DNA of 63,891 nucleotides, filler included, from Vicugna vicugna (GCA_013265495.1; 78 parts of 76 records of this genome joined end to end with filler, not necessarily neighbours in it); one strand, 5' to 3'. Positions 1-12,065 are shown, numbered from the whole stretch's first letter. Made by a program: numbers and translations. The notes: generated by a model not told the origin, from the letters alone.

Positions 1-730
1 GAGTGTGGTTGAAAGTGGGATTTGTGCTCTAAAACCAAGTATCAGTGTGTGCATCTCCATGGGAATTGGAGATGTTTAGCCTACAACCAACATCCTTGGA
101 ATAACTGTGCCCACTAAAAAATGCGTGTGTTTGTTTCCCCATCTCCAGCACACACATGAAGTTTTCTGGTATTTGGAGTGTGTGGTGGCTCCTGCAACTG
201 ACAGTAGCACCTGGGTTCAAATTGGATCCATTAGGTTGACTTCCCTGAGTATTATCCTTGGCTGGGTTGTGAGCAGTTGTGCTCTAAAACCAACTACTAG
301 CGAGTTCCTATCTTTTGACAGTGGAGGTGGTTAAAGTATATCCCCAACCTGGGAACACCTGTGCCCCCACAAAGATGCGTGGACTCTCTTTCCCTCCTCC
401 AGCACACACACGATATCGGGTTCAGATGTCTTGAGTGTGGGGAGGTTCCTCCAACAAACAGCAGTGCCTGGGTTCTAATAAAATACCTTAACTTGTATTC
501 CATGATGGCTTGCCAAGGCCGGTGTGCGGGGGAATGTTGGGATTGGGCTCTAAACCAAGTATTAGTGTGAGCTCATCCATGGGATGTGGGTGTTTAACAT
601 AGAACCCACAAGCATGGAATAACTTTGCCCCCTGAAAGATACTTTGACTCTGTTTCCCTACATCCAGCACACACATGAAGAAGTTTTCTGGTGTTCTCAG
701 TGTAGGGAGGATCCTCCAAAAGACAGAAGC
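1..730 (+). repeat. SatA' diverged satellite, ~260-bp subunits
   Basis: The motif GAGTGTGGGGAGGTTCCTCCAACA..CAGCA..CCTGGGTTC recurs at ~175, ~433 and ~697 and is homologous to the SatA core. Confidence 0.8.
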
Positions 731-830
731 NNNNNNNNNNNNNNNNNNNNNNNNNNNNNNNNNNNNNNNNNNNNTTAATTAATTAANNNNNNNNNNNNNN
801 NNNNNNNNNNNNNNNNNNNNNNNNNNNNNN
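731..830. other. Artificial scaffold linker N44-TTAATTAATTAA-N44 (first of about 77 identical copies)
   Basis: The same 100-bp structure recurs between all scaffolds (e.g. 1102-1201, 1992-2091, ... 63600-63699). The palindromic core contains PacI sites and TAA stops in all six frames. Confidence 0.98.
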
Positions 831-1101
831 GAGCAAAGTGAGGAAGAGGGAGTGTCATGGCCTCATCAGCGAGATGCTGGAGGGTTTTGAGCAGAGGAGG
901 GACATGGTATAACTCTTTAAATAGGACTCTTTAAATAGGACTCTGGGTGCTGTGGGGAGAATGACTAAGGCAAGGAGCGGGGGGAGAGGGGGAAGAAAGG
1001 GAGGAGGGAGACCAGGAAATCCTTGGTTGATCCAGGAGAGAGGAGATGGTGGCTTGGAGCCGTGTGGCACCATAGAGGTGGGTAAGCAGCAGTCAGATTC
1101 T
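831..1101 (+). mobile_element. Ancient LINE-2 (L2) fragment
   Basis: GGAGGGTTTTGAGCAGAGGAGGGACATG...ACTCTGGGTGCTGTGGGGAGAATG...GGAGAGAGGAGATGGTGGCTTGG resembles the L2 3' consensus as I recall it. Confidence 0.6.
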
Positions 1102-2091
1102 NNNNNNNNNNNNNNNNNNNNNNNNNNNNNNNNNNNNNNNNNNNNTTAATTAATTAANNNNNNNNNNNNNNNNNNNNNNNNNNNNNNNNNNNNNNNNNNN
1201 NCAGTTTTGCTGTAAGATCAGCATTCTGCATGAAGAAGATAAAATTATTTGGTAATGAGATTAGCAGACTGAGAACATCCTAACTCTAACCCAGCATCAA
1301 ACGTTGAAATAAATTCAGTTACAATAAAATGGTATCTACCTTGTGGAATGGAGAAACTCAAATTACTCAGAAAATAAAAAAAAAGTTCAAACCACCAAGA
1401 GTCACAAAAATATATTGTTTACTGTCATCATCTTTGTTATACATTTGTACTTGATTTTGCACTCTTATTTTTCTGTAATTGTTTCATGTCTTTCCTACAT
1501 AAAATGACTATAAGGCACCTCTTAGTAGAAAATCTCTTACCCCTTCCTCCCCCAAGTCTTAACTCTCCATGATTTTTAAAGCTTTAGGGAGATCACATTG
1601 AGTTACTCAGGGCTGAATTAATAAATGCCTCCCAAAACAAGACTTTGAAAGTAAGACTGCAATTAATACATCTTACAAATATGGATTCTAATGCCATAAG
1701 CCTTTCTCTGAACTACAAATATTTTATGCTAGTTTGAATTGCATTCCAAGGAGCAATGAATGACTTGCAGAGTTAAGGAGAAATCCATCTCCTAGTGTAG
1801 TGGTTTAGTAAGATGACCCATACATTTTTCTAAACGAACAAAAAAGCCTTAATTCTTGGAATCCTTTGTTACTCTCCACAAAACAAGAGAATGATACTCA
1901 ACAAAAACAAACAAAAAAACTTGCTGGGGTTTCAGTGACACTGATGATACTCAACAAAAACAAACAAAAAAACTTGCTGGGGTTTCAGTGANNNNNNNNN
2001 NNNNNNNNNNNNNNNNNNNNNNNNNNNNNNNNNNNTTAATTAATTAANNNNNNNNNNNNNNNNNNNNNNNNNNNNNNNNNNNNNNNNNNNN

Positions 2092-2906
2092 GCTCTTTCA
2101 GATTTGTGAGATAAGCGTAATCAAAATGAGGTTATTTTAATCGAACTAGTATGGGGTGTTCATCACATCAAAGGCAACACCAGCAATTGGAGATAGACCA
2201 GACAACACACACAGGAACAGGACATGGCATCAATGTCTAGGAAAATTTGTCCTCACAGGAATCCCATGCAATTGTGTAGAGCCAAGAGTCTAAAATTTTC
2301 ACTAAACCAAGCCCTAGAAGTCTACATTAGATACCTGAAATTACCTGACCAGTAGAGATGAAGAAATACAGTAAAAGGAAAAGGAAATACCATTTTCAGT
2401 TCCAAAGAGATTGAATGCCCTAAAGATAAGCTTTCAGACAACTAGACTGCAAAACGCTCTCCAGAGCAAGTATTGAAAATGGAGGTGAGGGAAACACTGA
2501 AGAACAACAGTGTCTCAGAATCACAAAAGGCAGAATACCAGAAAAGGGGAAGAGAAAGCCTAAAGANNNNNNNNNNNNNNNNNNNNNNNNNNNNNNNNNN
2601 NNNNNNNNNNNNNNNNNNNNNNNNNNNNNGAGATATTGCAGAGGGACGCGTGAATGACTTTGAAGACAGGGGAACAGAAATCCCTCGGTCAGAAGCACAC
2701 ATAGGAAAGCAAGTGCAAACCAATGTAAACATTGCTGTTGAATCCTGGTTGAAAACAAGGCATGGAAGACTAAAATTCGAAAGAGTCCCAGAAGGAAAAG
2801 CAAGAGATAAAGAATCAAACAATGTTTGAAAAGTTATGTGTAGTATAATCAGACTGAAACATGCTGAAAGCTAAGATAGAATCATCTAGGCGAATTCAGG
2901 AAGTAC
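2092..2906 (+). mobile_element. Heavily substituted L1 ORF1 (coiled-coil/RRM part) relic
   Basis: The translation DIAEGRVNDFEDRGTEIPRSE...ESWLKTRHGRLKFERVPEGKARDKESNNV aligns with the L1 ORF1p pattern AEERISELED..EI..SE...LWDNIKR.NIRIIGVPEGEE.EKG.EN. Confidence 0.65.
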
Positions 2907-3006
2907 NNNNNNNNNNNNNNNNNNNNNNNNNNNNNNNNNNNNNNNNNNNNTTAATTAATTAANNNNNNNNNNNNNNNNNNNNNNNNNNNNNNNNNNNNNN
3001 NNNNNN

Positions 3007-4050
3007 ACTACGAAGTCAAAATAAATTTATCAAAGTGCATAGGTAACATGTTTGGTGTTTTAACTTCAGTCAGGCGCAAGTTCACAACTCAGAAATGCAT
3101 GTTTGAGGAATCCGTGATGCATGAAACATGTTCTTAATACGGAATGCCATGGTTATTTAAACAATGCAATTTACATGTGTATTGGTGAGATTTCGCTCAA
3201 AGGGAGTTTTCTGTTGCCAAATGTCCGATTTTAGAACCTGGTGATAGGAAAAACCTATGAAGTCAGAGTAAANNNNNNNNNNNNNNNNNNNNNNNNNNNN
3301 NNNNNNNNNNNNNNNNNNNNNNNNNNNNNNNNNNNNNNNNNNNNNNNNNNNNNNNNNNNNNNNNNNNNNNNNNNNNNNNNNNNNNNNNNNNNNNNNNNNN
3401 NNNNNNNNNNNNNNNNNNNNNNNNNNNNNNNNNNNNNNNNNNNNNNNNNNNNNNNNNNNNNNNNNNNNNNNNNNNNNNNNNNNNNNNNNNNNNNNNNNNN
3501 NNNNNNNNNNNNNNNNNNNNNNNNNNNNNNNNNNNNNNNNNNNNNNNNNNNNNNNNNNNNNNNNNNNNNNNNNNNNNNNNNNNNNNNNNNNNNNNNNNNN
3601 NNNNNNNNNNNNNNNNNNNNNNNNNNNNNNNNNNNNNNNNNNNNNNNNNNNNNNNNNNNNNNNNNNNNNNNNNNNNNNNNNNNNNNNNNNNNNNNNNNNN
3701 NNNNNNNNNNNNNNNNNNNNNNNNNNNNNNNNNNNNNNNNNNNNNNNNNNNNNNNNNNNNNNNNNNNNNNNNNNNNNNNNNNNNNNNNNNNNNNNNNNNN
3801 NNNNNNNNNNCACATGTTCACAACTCAGAAATTCAAGTTTGAGGAATCCGTGACGCATGAAACATGTTCGTAATACGGAATGCCATGGTTATGTAAACAA
3901 TGTAAATTACATGTGTATTTGTGAGAATTCGCTCAAAGAGTGTTTTTTGGTACCAAATATCCGATTTTAGAACTTGGTGATAGAAAAACCTATGAAGTCA
4001 GAGTTAATATTTCTTAGGGTATATACGCCTTGTTTGGTGGATGAAAGGTC
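3007..4050 (-). repeat. SatB satellite (~247-bp subunits), gapped
   Basis: CTCAGAAATGCATGTTTGAGGAATCCGTGATGCATGAAACATG is shared with many other scaffolds and occurs twice here. Confidence 0.9.
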
Positions 4051-4970
4051 NNNNNNNNNNNNNNNNNNNNNNNNNNNNNNNNNNNNNNNNNNNNTTAATT
4101 AATTAANNNNNNNNNNNNNNNNNNNNNNNNNNNNNNNNNNNNNNNNNNNNCTTCTTTCTCTTGGTGGACCTCTCTTCTCCCATTTGCCATGTACAGAGCC
4201 CTTTTCCCCAGGGCCTCGTCTTCAATCCTCTGCCTGTCAGGACTGAATCACCCCCACGGCCTCACCCACAGCTCCTCTGAGCTCCTGACTGGTGAATCCA
4301 GCTTAACAACGGATATCACCACTCAGATGTCCCATAGACACTTCGCACTCAAAATGCCACACACAGAACCATCTCCTCGAAAACAGCTCCTTCCCTTACA
4401 CTCCCCCTGCAGATCCGCTCTCCGGATGGGTCACTGGAAAGTCACCTCGGCAGCTCTGCGGCCCACCTCACTGGCCCTGCATTCCCCACTGCAGCAGTCA
4501 CCACTTCTGCCGCCCATGTCTCTGTCCTTCTGCCCAGGGCCTCTCTGCAGGCATGTGCCACTTGTTGTCTGGGTTACCTGGGCTGGTCCCCGAAATATCC
4601 TTTCCCCCCAAATTATGGGCCTCCCCCCAGAAATAGTATCTTCCATTCTGCTGCCAGAATAACCAGATATTCTTCAACATAAACATTATGTAATTCTCTT
4701 ACTTACAAATATTTCAATATATTCCTATTTCCTTAAAGATACATTGTTGTTCTCTGGCCAAGCTGCTTCCTGCTGTGTACACATATATGTCTCTACCTTT
4801 CTGAATGAAGTGTCCACTCCCTCTACCACAAAATAGAGAGCTAACTTACTTTCACCTTTCAAGTCAAGATNNNNNNNNNNNNNNNNNNNNNNNNNNNNNN
4901 NNNNNNNNNNNNNNTTAATTAATTAANNNNNNNNNNNNNNNNNNNNNNNNNNNNNNNNNNNNNNNNNNNN

Positions 4971-5700
4971 TTCAAGAATCACACTTTGATCCCGAAAAAA
5001 CACTCTTGGAGCGAAATCTACCCTATAGATATGTAATTTGAATAGATACCATCTACATGATATTCCGTGTTCCGTACATGCTACATACATGACGGATTTG
5101 ACAAACATGCATTTTGAGTTGAGAGCATGTGGATTACTAATCATTCATCCTCTATAAAAGGAATATATTCATCTAGACACGTGTACACATTTTAACAAGC
5201 TNNNNNNNNNNNNNNNNNNNNNNNNNNNNNNNNNNNNNNNNNNNNNNNNNNNNNNNNNNNNNNNNNNNNNNNNNNNNNNNNNNNNNNNNNNNNNNNNNNN
5301 NNNNNNNNNNNNNNNNNNNNNNNNNNNNNNNNNNNNNNNNNNNNNNNNNNNNNNNNNNNNNNNNNNNNNNNNNNNNNNNNNNNNNNNNNNNNNNNNNNNN
5401 NNNNNNNNNNNNNNNNNNNNNNNNNNNNNNNNNNNNNNNNNNNNNNNNNNNNNNNNNNNNNNNNNNNNNNNNNNNNNNNNNNNNNNNNNNNNNNNNNNNN
5501 NNNNNNNNNNNNNNNNNNNNNNNNNNNNNNNNNNNNNNNNNNNNNNNNNNNNNNNNNNNNNNNNNNNNNNNNNNNNNNNNNNNNNNNNNNNNNNNNNNNN
5601 NNNNNNNNNNNNNNNNNNNNNNNNNNNNNNNNNNNNNNNNGCATGACGGACATCTGCCAAACAAGTTACCTATGCACTCTGAAATATTTACTTTGACTTT
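4971..5700 (+). repeat. SatB satellite, gapped
   Basis: Contains the SatB motif TTCCGTACATGCTACATACATGACGGATTTGACAAACATGCA. Confidence 0.9.
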
Positions 5701-6771
5701 NNNNNNNNNNNNNNNNNNNNNNNNNNNNNNNNNNNNNNNNNNNNTTAATTAATTAANNNNNNNNNNNNNNNNNNNNNNNNNNNNNNNNNNNNNNNNNNNN
5801 GAGAACAGAGCAAAGGAGGGGACGAGGTCGACTCTGGAGCAGATGTAGGGGATCATCACCACCCACTGGACCATCTGGCACATTCAACAAATCCCCCCAA
5901 AGATCATTCTTAACAGGCTTGACACAAGTGGACATCAACAACTGGCTCAGTCATCTGCTCCTGCCTTATCTCGGGAAATTCCTAGGAGCAAATGCATCGT
6001 AAATCACACATAATAAGGAAATGGCTGATAATGATAAAAGCTGGGAGTGCAATGTCTCTCTGACAAAATATTTATAAAACTCATTGTGGGAATGGGAGAG
6101 GGCAGGAGGGAAGTGACTGAGAAAGGCAATGCCCTGGATTGTTTGTATCTAGCACGTCTGTTGTCCCTAGGTTTTAAAAAACTCTTCAATGTTTCTCAGT
6201 TAATCTGGAGTAGATGGAACAGGCCAGGGAGGCAAGATTAGAAGAAAGGAGGCAGGGTATTAAGCGGTGCCAGGCTGGTCCTGAAAGGGAGACAGACACA
6301 GACAGGCAGACACAGAGGGTTTAGGGATGAGGCGGAACAATGAGTGTTAGCTCAGTTGTGTCTTGCTGTTGCTGATACTTCCCTCAACTGGCTCACTGCT
6401 GACTCGGCAGTGCTGGGTAAAACCTGTGGATTTCCTCAGCTCTGAGTTCACTCTGAGGCTTCTAGCTCAGTCTGGAGCTGAGATGAGCTCGGTGGGCTTA
6501 GCTTAGTGGGGACTCAGCTCTGAGAACAGCCTGCAGTCCTGGGAAACTTCACGCAGGAACCCCCTTCGGCTGGACCAGCACTCACAAGGCTGCTGTGAGA
6601 CCAGCTCCATAGTCAGAGACCATGGTTCAGAGACCATGGGGAACAGGGCTGAGCCCGATGCCAAATCAGATNNNNNNNNNNNNNNNNNNNNNNNNNNNNN
6701 NNNNNNNNNNNNNNNTTAATTAATTAANNNNNNNNNNNNNNNNNNNNNNNNNNNNNNNNNNNNNNNNNNNN

Positions 6772-8247
6772 TTCGGGGAAGTCCGAGAAAAATCTTCCCT
6801 GACCTTGGGGAGTCAGTCTCGTACACTGAGATATCCTGCAATCATCCCTAGCATTCCCTGGCACAGAGACATTAGGAAAACCCTCAGGGGAGACGAGCTT
6901 ATGCATTCCGTTAGAACCAACGCGCTGCCGACCGTTGGTGGAACCTCCCCACGCTCAGGATTCCGGAAAAATTGTCAGTGCGTGGGGGAGCTCGAGAGAC
7001 AACTCCACGCAGCTCTCTTCAGTCACAGGTGTTCCCTGTTCGGGGAAGTCCGAGAAATAGCTTCCCTGACCTTGGGGAGTCAGCCTCTGACACTGGGATA
7101 TCCTGCAATCACCCCTAGCATTCCCTGGCACAGAAATATTAGGAAAACACTCAGGGGAGACGAGCTTAGACATTCAGTTAGATCCCACGAGCTGCCGACC
7201 GTTGGTGGAACCTCCCCCCGCTCAGGAATCCGGAACCATTGTCAGTGCGTGGGGTAGCTCGAGAGATAACTCCACGCAGCTCTCTTCAGTCACAGGTGTT
7301 CCCTGTTCGGGGAAGTCCGAGAAAAACCTTCCCTGACCTTGGGGAGGCAGACTCTGTCAATGGGATATCCTGCAATCACCCCTAGCATTCCCTGGCACAG
7401 AGATATTAGGAAAGCCCTCAGTGTATACGAGCTTANNNNNNNNNNNNNNNNNNNNNNNNNNNNNNNNNNNNNNNNNNNNNNNNNNNNNNNNNNNNNNNNN
7501 NNNNNNNNNNNNNNNNNNNNNNNNNNNNNNNNNNNNNNNNNNNNNNNNNNNNNNNNNNNNNNNNNNNNNNNNNNNNNNNNNNNNNNNNNNNNNNNNNNNN
7601 NNNNNNNNNNNNNNNNNNNNNNNNNNNNNNNNNNNNNNNNNNNNNNNNNNNNNNNNNNNNNNNNNNNNNNNNNNNNNNNNNNNNNNNNNNNNNNNNNNNN
7701 NNNNNNNNNNNNNNNNNNNNNNNNNNNNNNNNNNNNNNNNNNNNNNNNNNNNNNNNNNNNNNNNNNNNNNNNNNNNNNNNNNNNNNNNNNNNNNNNNNNN
7801 NNNNNNNNNNNNNNNNNNNNNNNNNNNNNNNNNNNNNNNNNNNNNNNNNNNNNNNNNNNNNNNNNNNNNNNNNNNNNNNNNNNNNNNNNNNNNNNNNNNN
7901 NNNNNNNNNNNNNNNNNNNNNNNNNNNNNNNNNNNNNNNNNNNNNNNNNNNNNNNNNNNNNNNNNNNNNNNNNNNNNNNNNNNNNNNNNNNNNNNNNNNN
8001 NNNNNNNNNNNNNNNNNNNNNNNNNNNNNNNNNNNNNNNNNNNNNNNNNNNNNNNNNNNNNNNNNNNNNNNNNNNNNNNNNNNNNNNNNNNNNNNNNNNN
8101 NNNNNNNNNNNNNNNNNNNNNNNNNNNNNNNNNNNNNNNNNNNNNNNNNNNNNNNNNNNNNNNNNNNNNNNNNNNNNNNNNNNNNNNNNNNNNNGCGAGC
8201 TAAGGCATTCCGTTAGAACCCAAGCGCTGCCGACATTTGGTGGAACC
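6772..8247 (+). repeat. SatA satellite, 267-bp monomer
   Basis: TTCGGGGAAGTCCGAGAAA occurs at 6772, 7039 and 7306, giving a period of 267. Confidence 0.95.
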
Positions 8248-8347
8248 NNNNNNNNNNNNNNNNNNNNNNNNNNNNNNNNNNNNNNNNNNNNTTAATTAAT
8301 TAANNNNNNNNNNNNNNNNNNNNNNNNNNNNNNNNNNNNNNNNNNNN

Positions 8348-8859
8348 CACGCACTGACAATGGTTCAATTATCCTGAGCGTGGGGAGGTTCCACCAACTA
8401 TCGGCAGAGCGTCGGTTCTCACGGAAAGCCTTAGCTCGTCTCCCCTGAGTGTTTTCCTAATGTCTCTATGCCAGGGAATGCTAGGGGAGTTTGCAGGATA
8501 TCCCAGTGGCAGAGGCTGCCTCCCCAAGGTCAAGGAACTTATTTCTCGGACTTCCCCGTACAGGGAACACCTGTGACTGAAGAGAGCTGGGTGGAGTTGT
8601 CTCTCGAGCTCCCCCACGCACTGACAATAGTTCCGGAATCCTGAGCGTGGGGACACCAAAGGTCGGCAGCGCGTGGGTTATAACTGAAAGCATAAGCTCG
8701 TCTCCCTTGAGGTTTTTCATAATGTCTCTGTGCCAGGGAATGCTAGGGGGGTTTGCAGGATATCCCAGTGCAGAGGCTGCCTCCCCAAGGTCAGGAAAGT
8801 TATATCTCGGTTTATCCGAACAGGGAACACCTGTGACTGAAGAGAGCTGAGTGGAGTTG
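8348..8859 (-). repeat. SatA satellite
   Basis: Reverse complement of the 267-bp monomer, about 2 copies. Confidence 0.95.
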
Positions 8860-8959
8860 NNNNNNNNNNNNNNNNNNNNNNNNNNNNNNNNNNNNNNNNN
8901 NNNTTAATTAATTAANNNNNNNNNNNNNNNNNNNNNNNNNNNNNNNNNNNNNNNNNNNN

Positions 8960-9270
8960 ACAGAGTCATAGATACAGAAAACAAACAGGTGATTGCCAAA
9001 GGTGAGGAGGCGTGGGAGGAGGAGAGAAATAGGCGAGGGGGATTAAGAGATACAAACTTCCAGTTGCAGAATAATTGAGTCATGAGTATGAAATGTACAG
9101 TGTGGGACATATAGCAATACCTGCATCATACCTTTGTGTGGTGACATAACGTAACTATACTTATCATGATGATCATTTAAAAATGCATGAAAGTACTGAA
9201 TCACTATGTTGTGTACCAAGAACTAAAATAGTGTTGTAGGTCAATTATACTTCAAAATAAACAATGTATT
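8960..9270 (+). mobile_element. L1 3' end (3'UTR) fragment
   Basis: CATAGATACAGAAAACAAACAGGTGATTGCC...GATACAAACTTCCAGTTG...TCACTATGTTGTGTACC...GTAGGTCAATTATACTTCAAAATAAA is a typical laurasiatherian L1 3' terminus. Confidence 0.8.
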
Positions 9271-9762
9271 AAAAATAGTAACAACAGAAATGATTTCCAA
9301 TCACATGACTTACATTTGAATATATTTAGGCTGGCAGATATTAAGTACAGGCTCAATATTAGAGGGGAGAGGAGAGAGGAGGATTGGAAGAATAAAGCAT
9401 TAGTATTACTAATACTGAAGGGTATATTCAAAAGCCATTAGAAATAGGAAACCATGGAAATATTAGTTGCATTATGTGATGCCTGAAATTAATGTAGGTT
9501 TTTAAAATTCTGGATTACTCTNNNNNNNNNNNNNNNAAACATCTGAACTAAAGAAGAAATGTTTAGTATTTAATAAACTATGAAACAAATGATTTAAAAT
9601 ATCTAGTTCTAATTTGTTACTTATTTGAAGGTTTATGGAAATGAATCAGACTATGTTATGTANNNNNNNNNNNNNNNNNNNNNNNNNNNNNNNNNNNNNN
9701 NNNNNNTTAATTAATTAANNNNNNNNNNNNNNNNNNNNNNNNNNNNNNNNNNNNNNNNNNNN

Positions 9763-10737
9763 TTCTATATTCTAAATTCTATATTCAGTATTTTGTATTC
9801 TATATACCACATTCTGTGTTCTGCATTCGAAGTTCTAAATTCTGGGTTCTGTATTCTATTTTCCATATTCTATATTCTGTGTTCTAAATTCTATATTTTG
9901 TATTCTATATCTGCATTCCTTATTCTATATTCAATATTCTGTGTTCTACGTACTATATTCTGAATATTGTATTCAGTATCCTATATTCTATATTCTAAAT
10001 ACTGTGTTCTGCATTCCATGTTCTAAATTCTGGGTCCTATATTTTCTTTTCCATATTTTATATTCTGTGTTCTAAATTCTATATTCTGTGTTCTATATTC
10101 TGCATTTCGTATTCTACATTATATATTCTGTTTTCTGCATTCTATATTCCAAATACTATATTCAGTATTCTATATTCTAAATACTGTGTTCTGCATTCCA
10201 TGTTCTAAATTCTGGGTTCTCTATTTTCTATTCTGTATTCTATATTCTGTGTTCTACATTCTGTTTTATAAAATATATATTCAGTATTCTGTATAATATA
10301 TTCTAAATTCTGTGTTCTGCTTTCCAAGTTCTAAATTCTTTATTAGGTATTTTGTATTATATATTATATATTCTGTGTTCGACTTTCTATATTCTAAATT
10401 CTATGTTCAGGTTTCTGTATTCTACATTCTATATTCTGTGTTCTGCATTCTATGTTCTAAATTCTATATTCATTATTCTGTATTCTATAATCTAAATTCT
10501 GTGTTGTACATTCTAAATTCTTAATTCATAATCTAAATACTGTTTTCTACATTCTATATTCTGTATTCTATATTCTAAATAATGTGTTTAGAATTCCATG
10601 TTCTAAATTCAGTGTTCTATATTCTCTATTCTGTATTCTATATTCTAAATAATGTGTTCAGAATTCCATGTTCTAAATTCTGGGTTCTATATTTTCTATT
10701 CTGTATTCTATATTGTGTTTTCTTCATTTTATACTCT
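9763..10737 (-). repeat. SatC heptamer satellite (TATATTC)n variants
   Basis: Continuous 7-bp periodicity (TTCTATA/TTCTGTG/TTCTAAA). Confidence 0.95.
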
Positions 10738-10837
10738 NNNNNNNNNNNNNNNNNNNNNNNNNNNNNNNNNNNNNNNNNNNNTTAATTAATTAANNNNNNN
10801 NNNNNNNNNNNNNNNNNNNNNNNNNNNNNNNNNNNNN

Positions 10838-11652
10838 AACATGCATCTGAGTTGTGAACATGCGCATGACTGATGTTTCAACTAGCAAAATATGTACCTA
10901 TGCACTTTGAAATATTTGCTTTGACTTCGTATACTGTTCCTATCACCAGTTTCAATAATCACAGTTTGATTCCAGAAAAACTCTCTTGGATCATATTATA
11001 CCGTAGAGATATGTAATTTGAATTGATTCCATCTACATGGAATTCCGAGTTCCGTACATGCTACATGCATGACGGATTTGACAAACATGCATTCCTGAGT
11101 TGAGAGCATGTGGATTACTGATNNNNNNNNNNNNNNNNNNNNNNNNNNNNNNNNNNNNNNNNNNNNNNNNNNNNNNNNNNNNNNNNNNNNNNNNNNNNNN
11201 NNNNNNNNNNNNNNNNNNNNNNNNNNNNNNNNNNNNNNNNNNNNNNNNNNNNNNNNNNNNNNNNNNNNACTTACATGACTTTCAACATGGAATTCCGGGT
11301 TCCGTACATGCTACATGCGTGACAGATTCGGCAAACATGCATTTCTGAGTTGTTAGCACGTGGATTACTCAACTTTCATCCACCAAACAAGGCTTATGTA
11401 CACTTAGAAATATTTACTATGGCTTCATATGTCTTTTCTATCACCAGGATCTAAAATCGGACATTTGGAACCAGAAAAACTCTTTGAGGGAATTGTCACC
11501 AATACACAAGTAATTTACAATGTTTACATAACCATGGCATTCCGTATTGTGATCATGTTTCATGCACAAGGATAGCTACAACATGAATTTCTGAGTTATG
11601 AACATTTACATGACTGTTGTTTCAACCACCAAACAAGTTACCTATGCACTTT
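10838..11652 (+). repeat. SatB satellite showing trimeric structure
   Basis: AACATGCATTTCTGAGTTG variants occur at ~10838, ~11083, ~11333 and ~11580. The 1st and 4th are the same subtype. Confidence 0.9.
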
Positions 11653-11752
11653 NNNNNNNNNNNNNNNNNNNNNNNNNNNNNNNNNNNNNNNNNNNNTTAA
11701 TTAATTAANNNNNNNNNNNNNNNNNNNNNNNNNNNNNNNNNNNNNNNNNNNN

Positions 11753-12065
11753 CGCAGAGGGGGCTCAGCCCCAGGGGCTGGTGACGCCTGAACTGGCGCT
11801 CCGTGGCTCAGCGTTCCAGCTGCAGGTGCAGCATCTTCAGGACCTTTGGAAGCAGCAGGAGCTGAGGGAGCTTCAGGAGCAGCAGGAGCTGCGGGATCGT
11901 CAGGAGCAGCAGGAGCGGCAGGATCTTTAGGAGCAGCGTTAGCTGCTGGAGCTGCAGAAGCTGCAGGAGCAGCAGGAGGGAGCTCGGGGTCTCCCGCTGG
12001 ATCCTGATGGTCCTGGTTTTGGTCTCTGGCATCTTCCCCTGCCCCCGCCTGCTCTGGATCTGGGA
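11753..12065 (-). CDS. Candidate coding exon, Ala/Pro-rich low-complexity protein (unidentified)
   Basis: Acceptor-like TTCTTCCAACAG, then an open frame PDPEQAGAGEDARDQNQDHQDPAGDPELPPAAPAASAAPAANAAPKDPAAPAAPDDPAAPAAPEAPSAPAASKGPEDAAPAAGTLSHGAPVQASPAPGAEPLC running to the scaffold end. Confidence 0.4.

Noticed and set aside
1891..1991. Exact 48-bp duplication with 53-bp period
   Set aside because: It is a perfect copy at the very end of a scaffold, most likely an assembly echo.
3157..3873. Long ORFs consisting largely of X (many throughout the track)
   Set aside because: They are artefacts of translating N gaps.
6805..7257. Recurring 'MGELERQLHAALFSHRCSLFGEVRE' ORFs
   Set aside because: These are translations of the SatA monomer. 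267 is divisible by 3, and copies carry random stops and indels.
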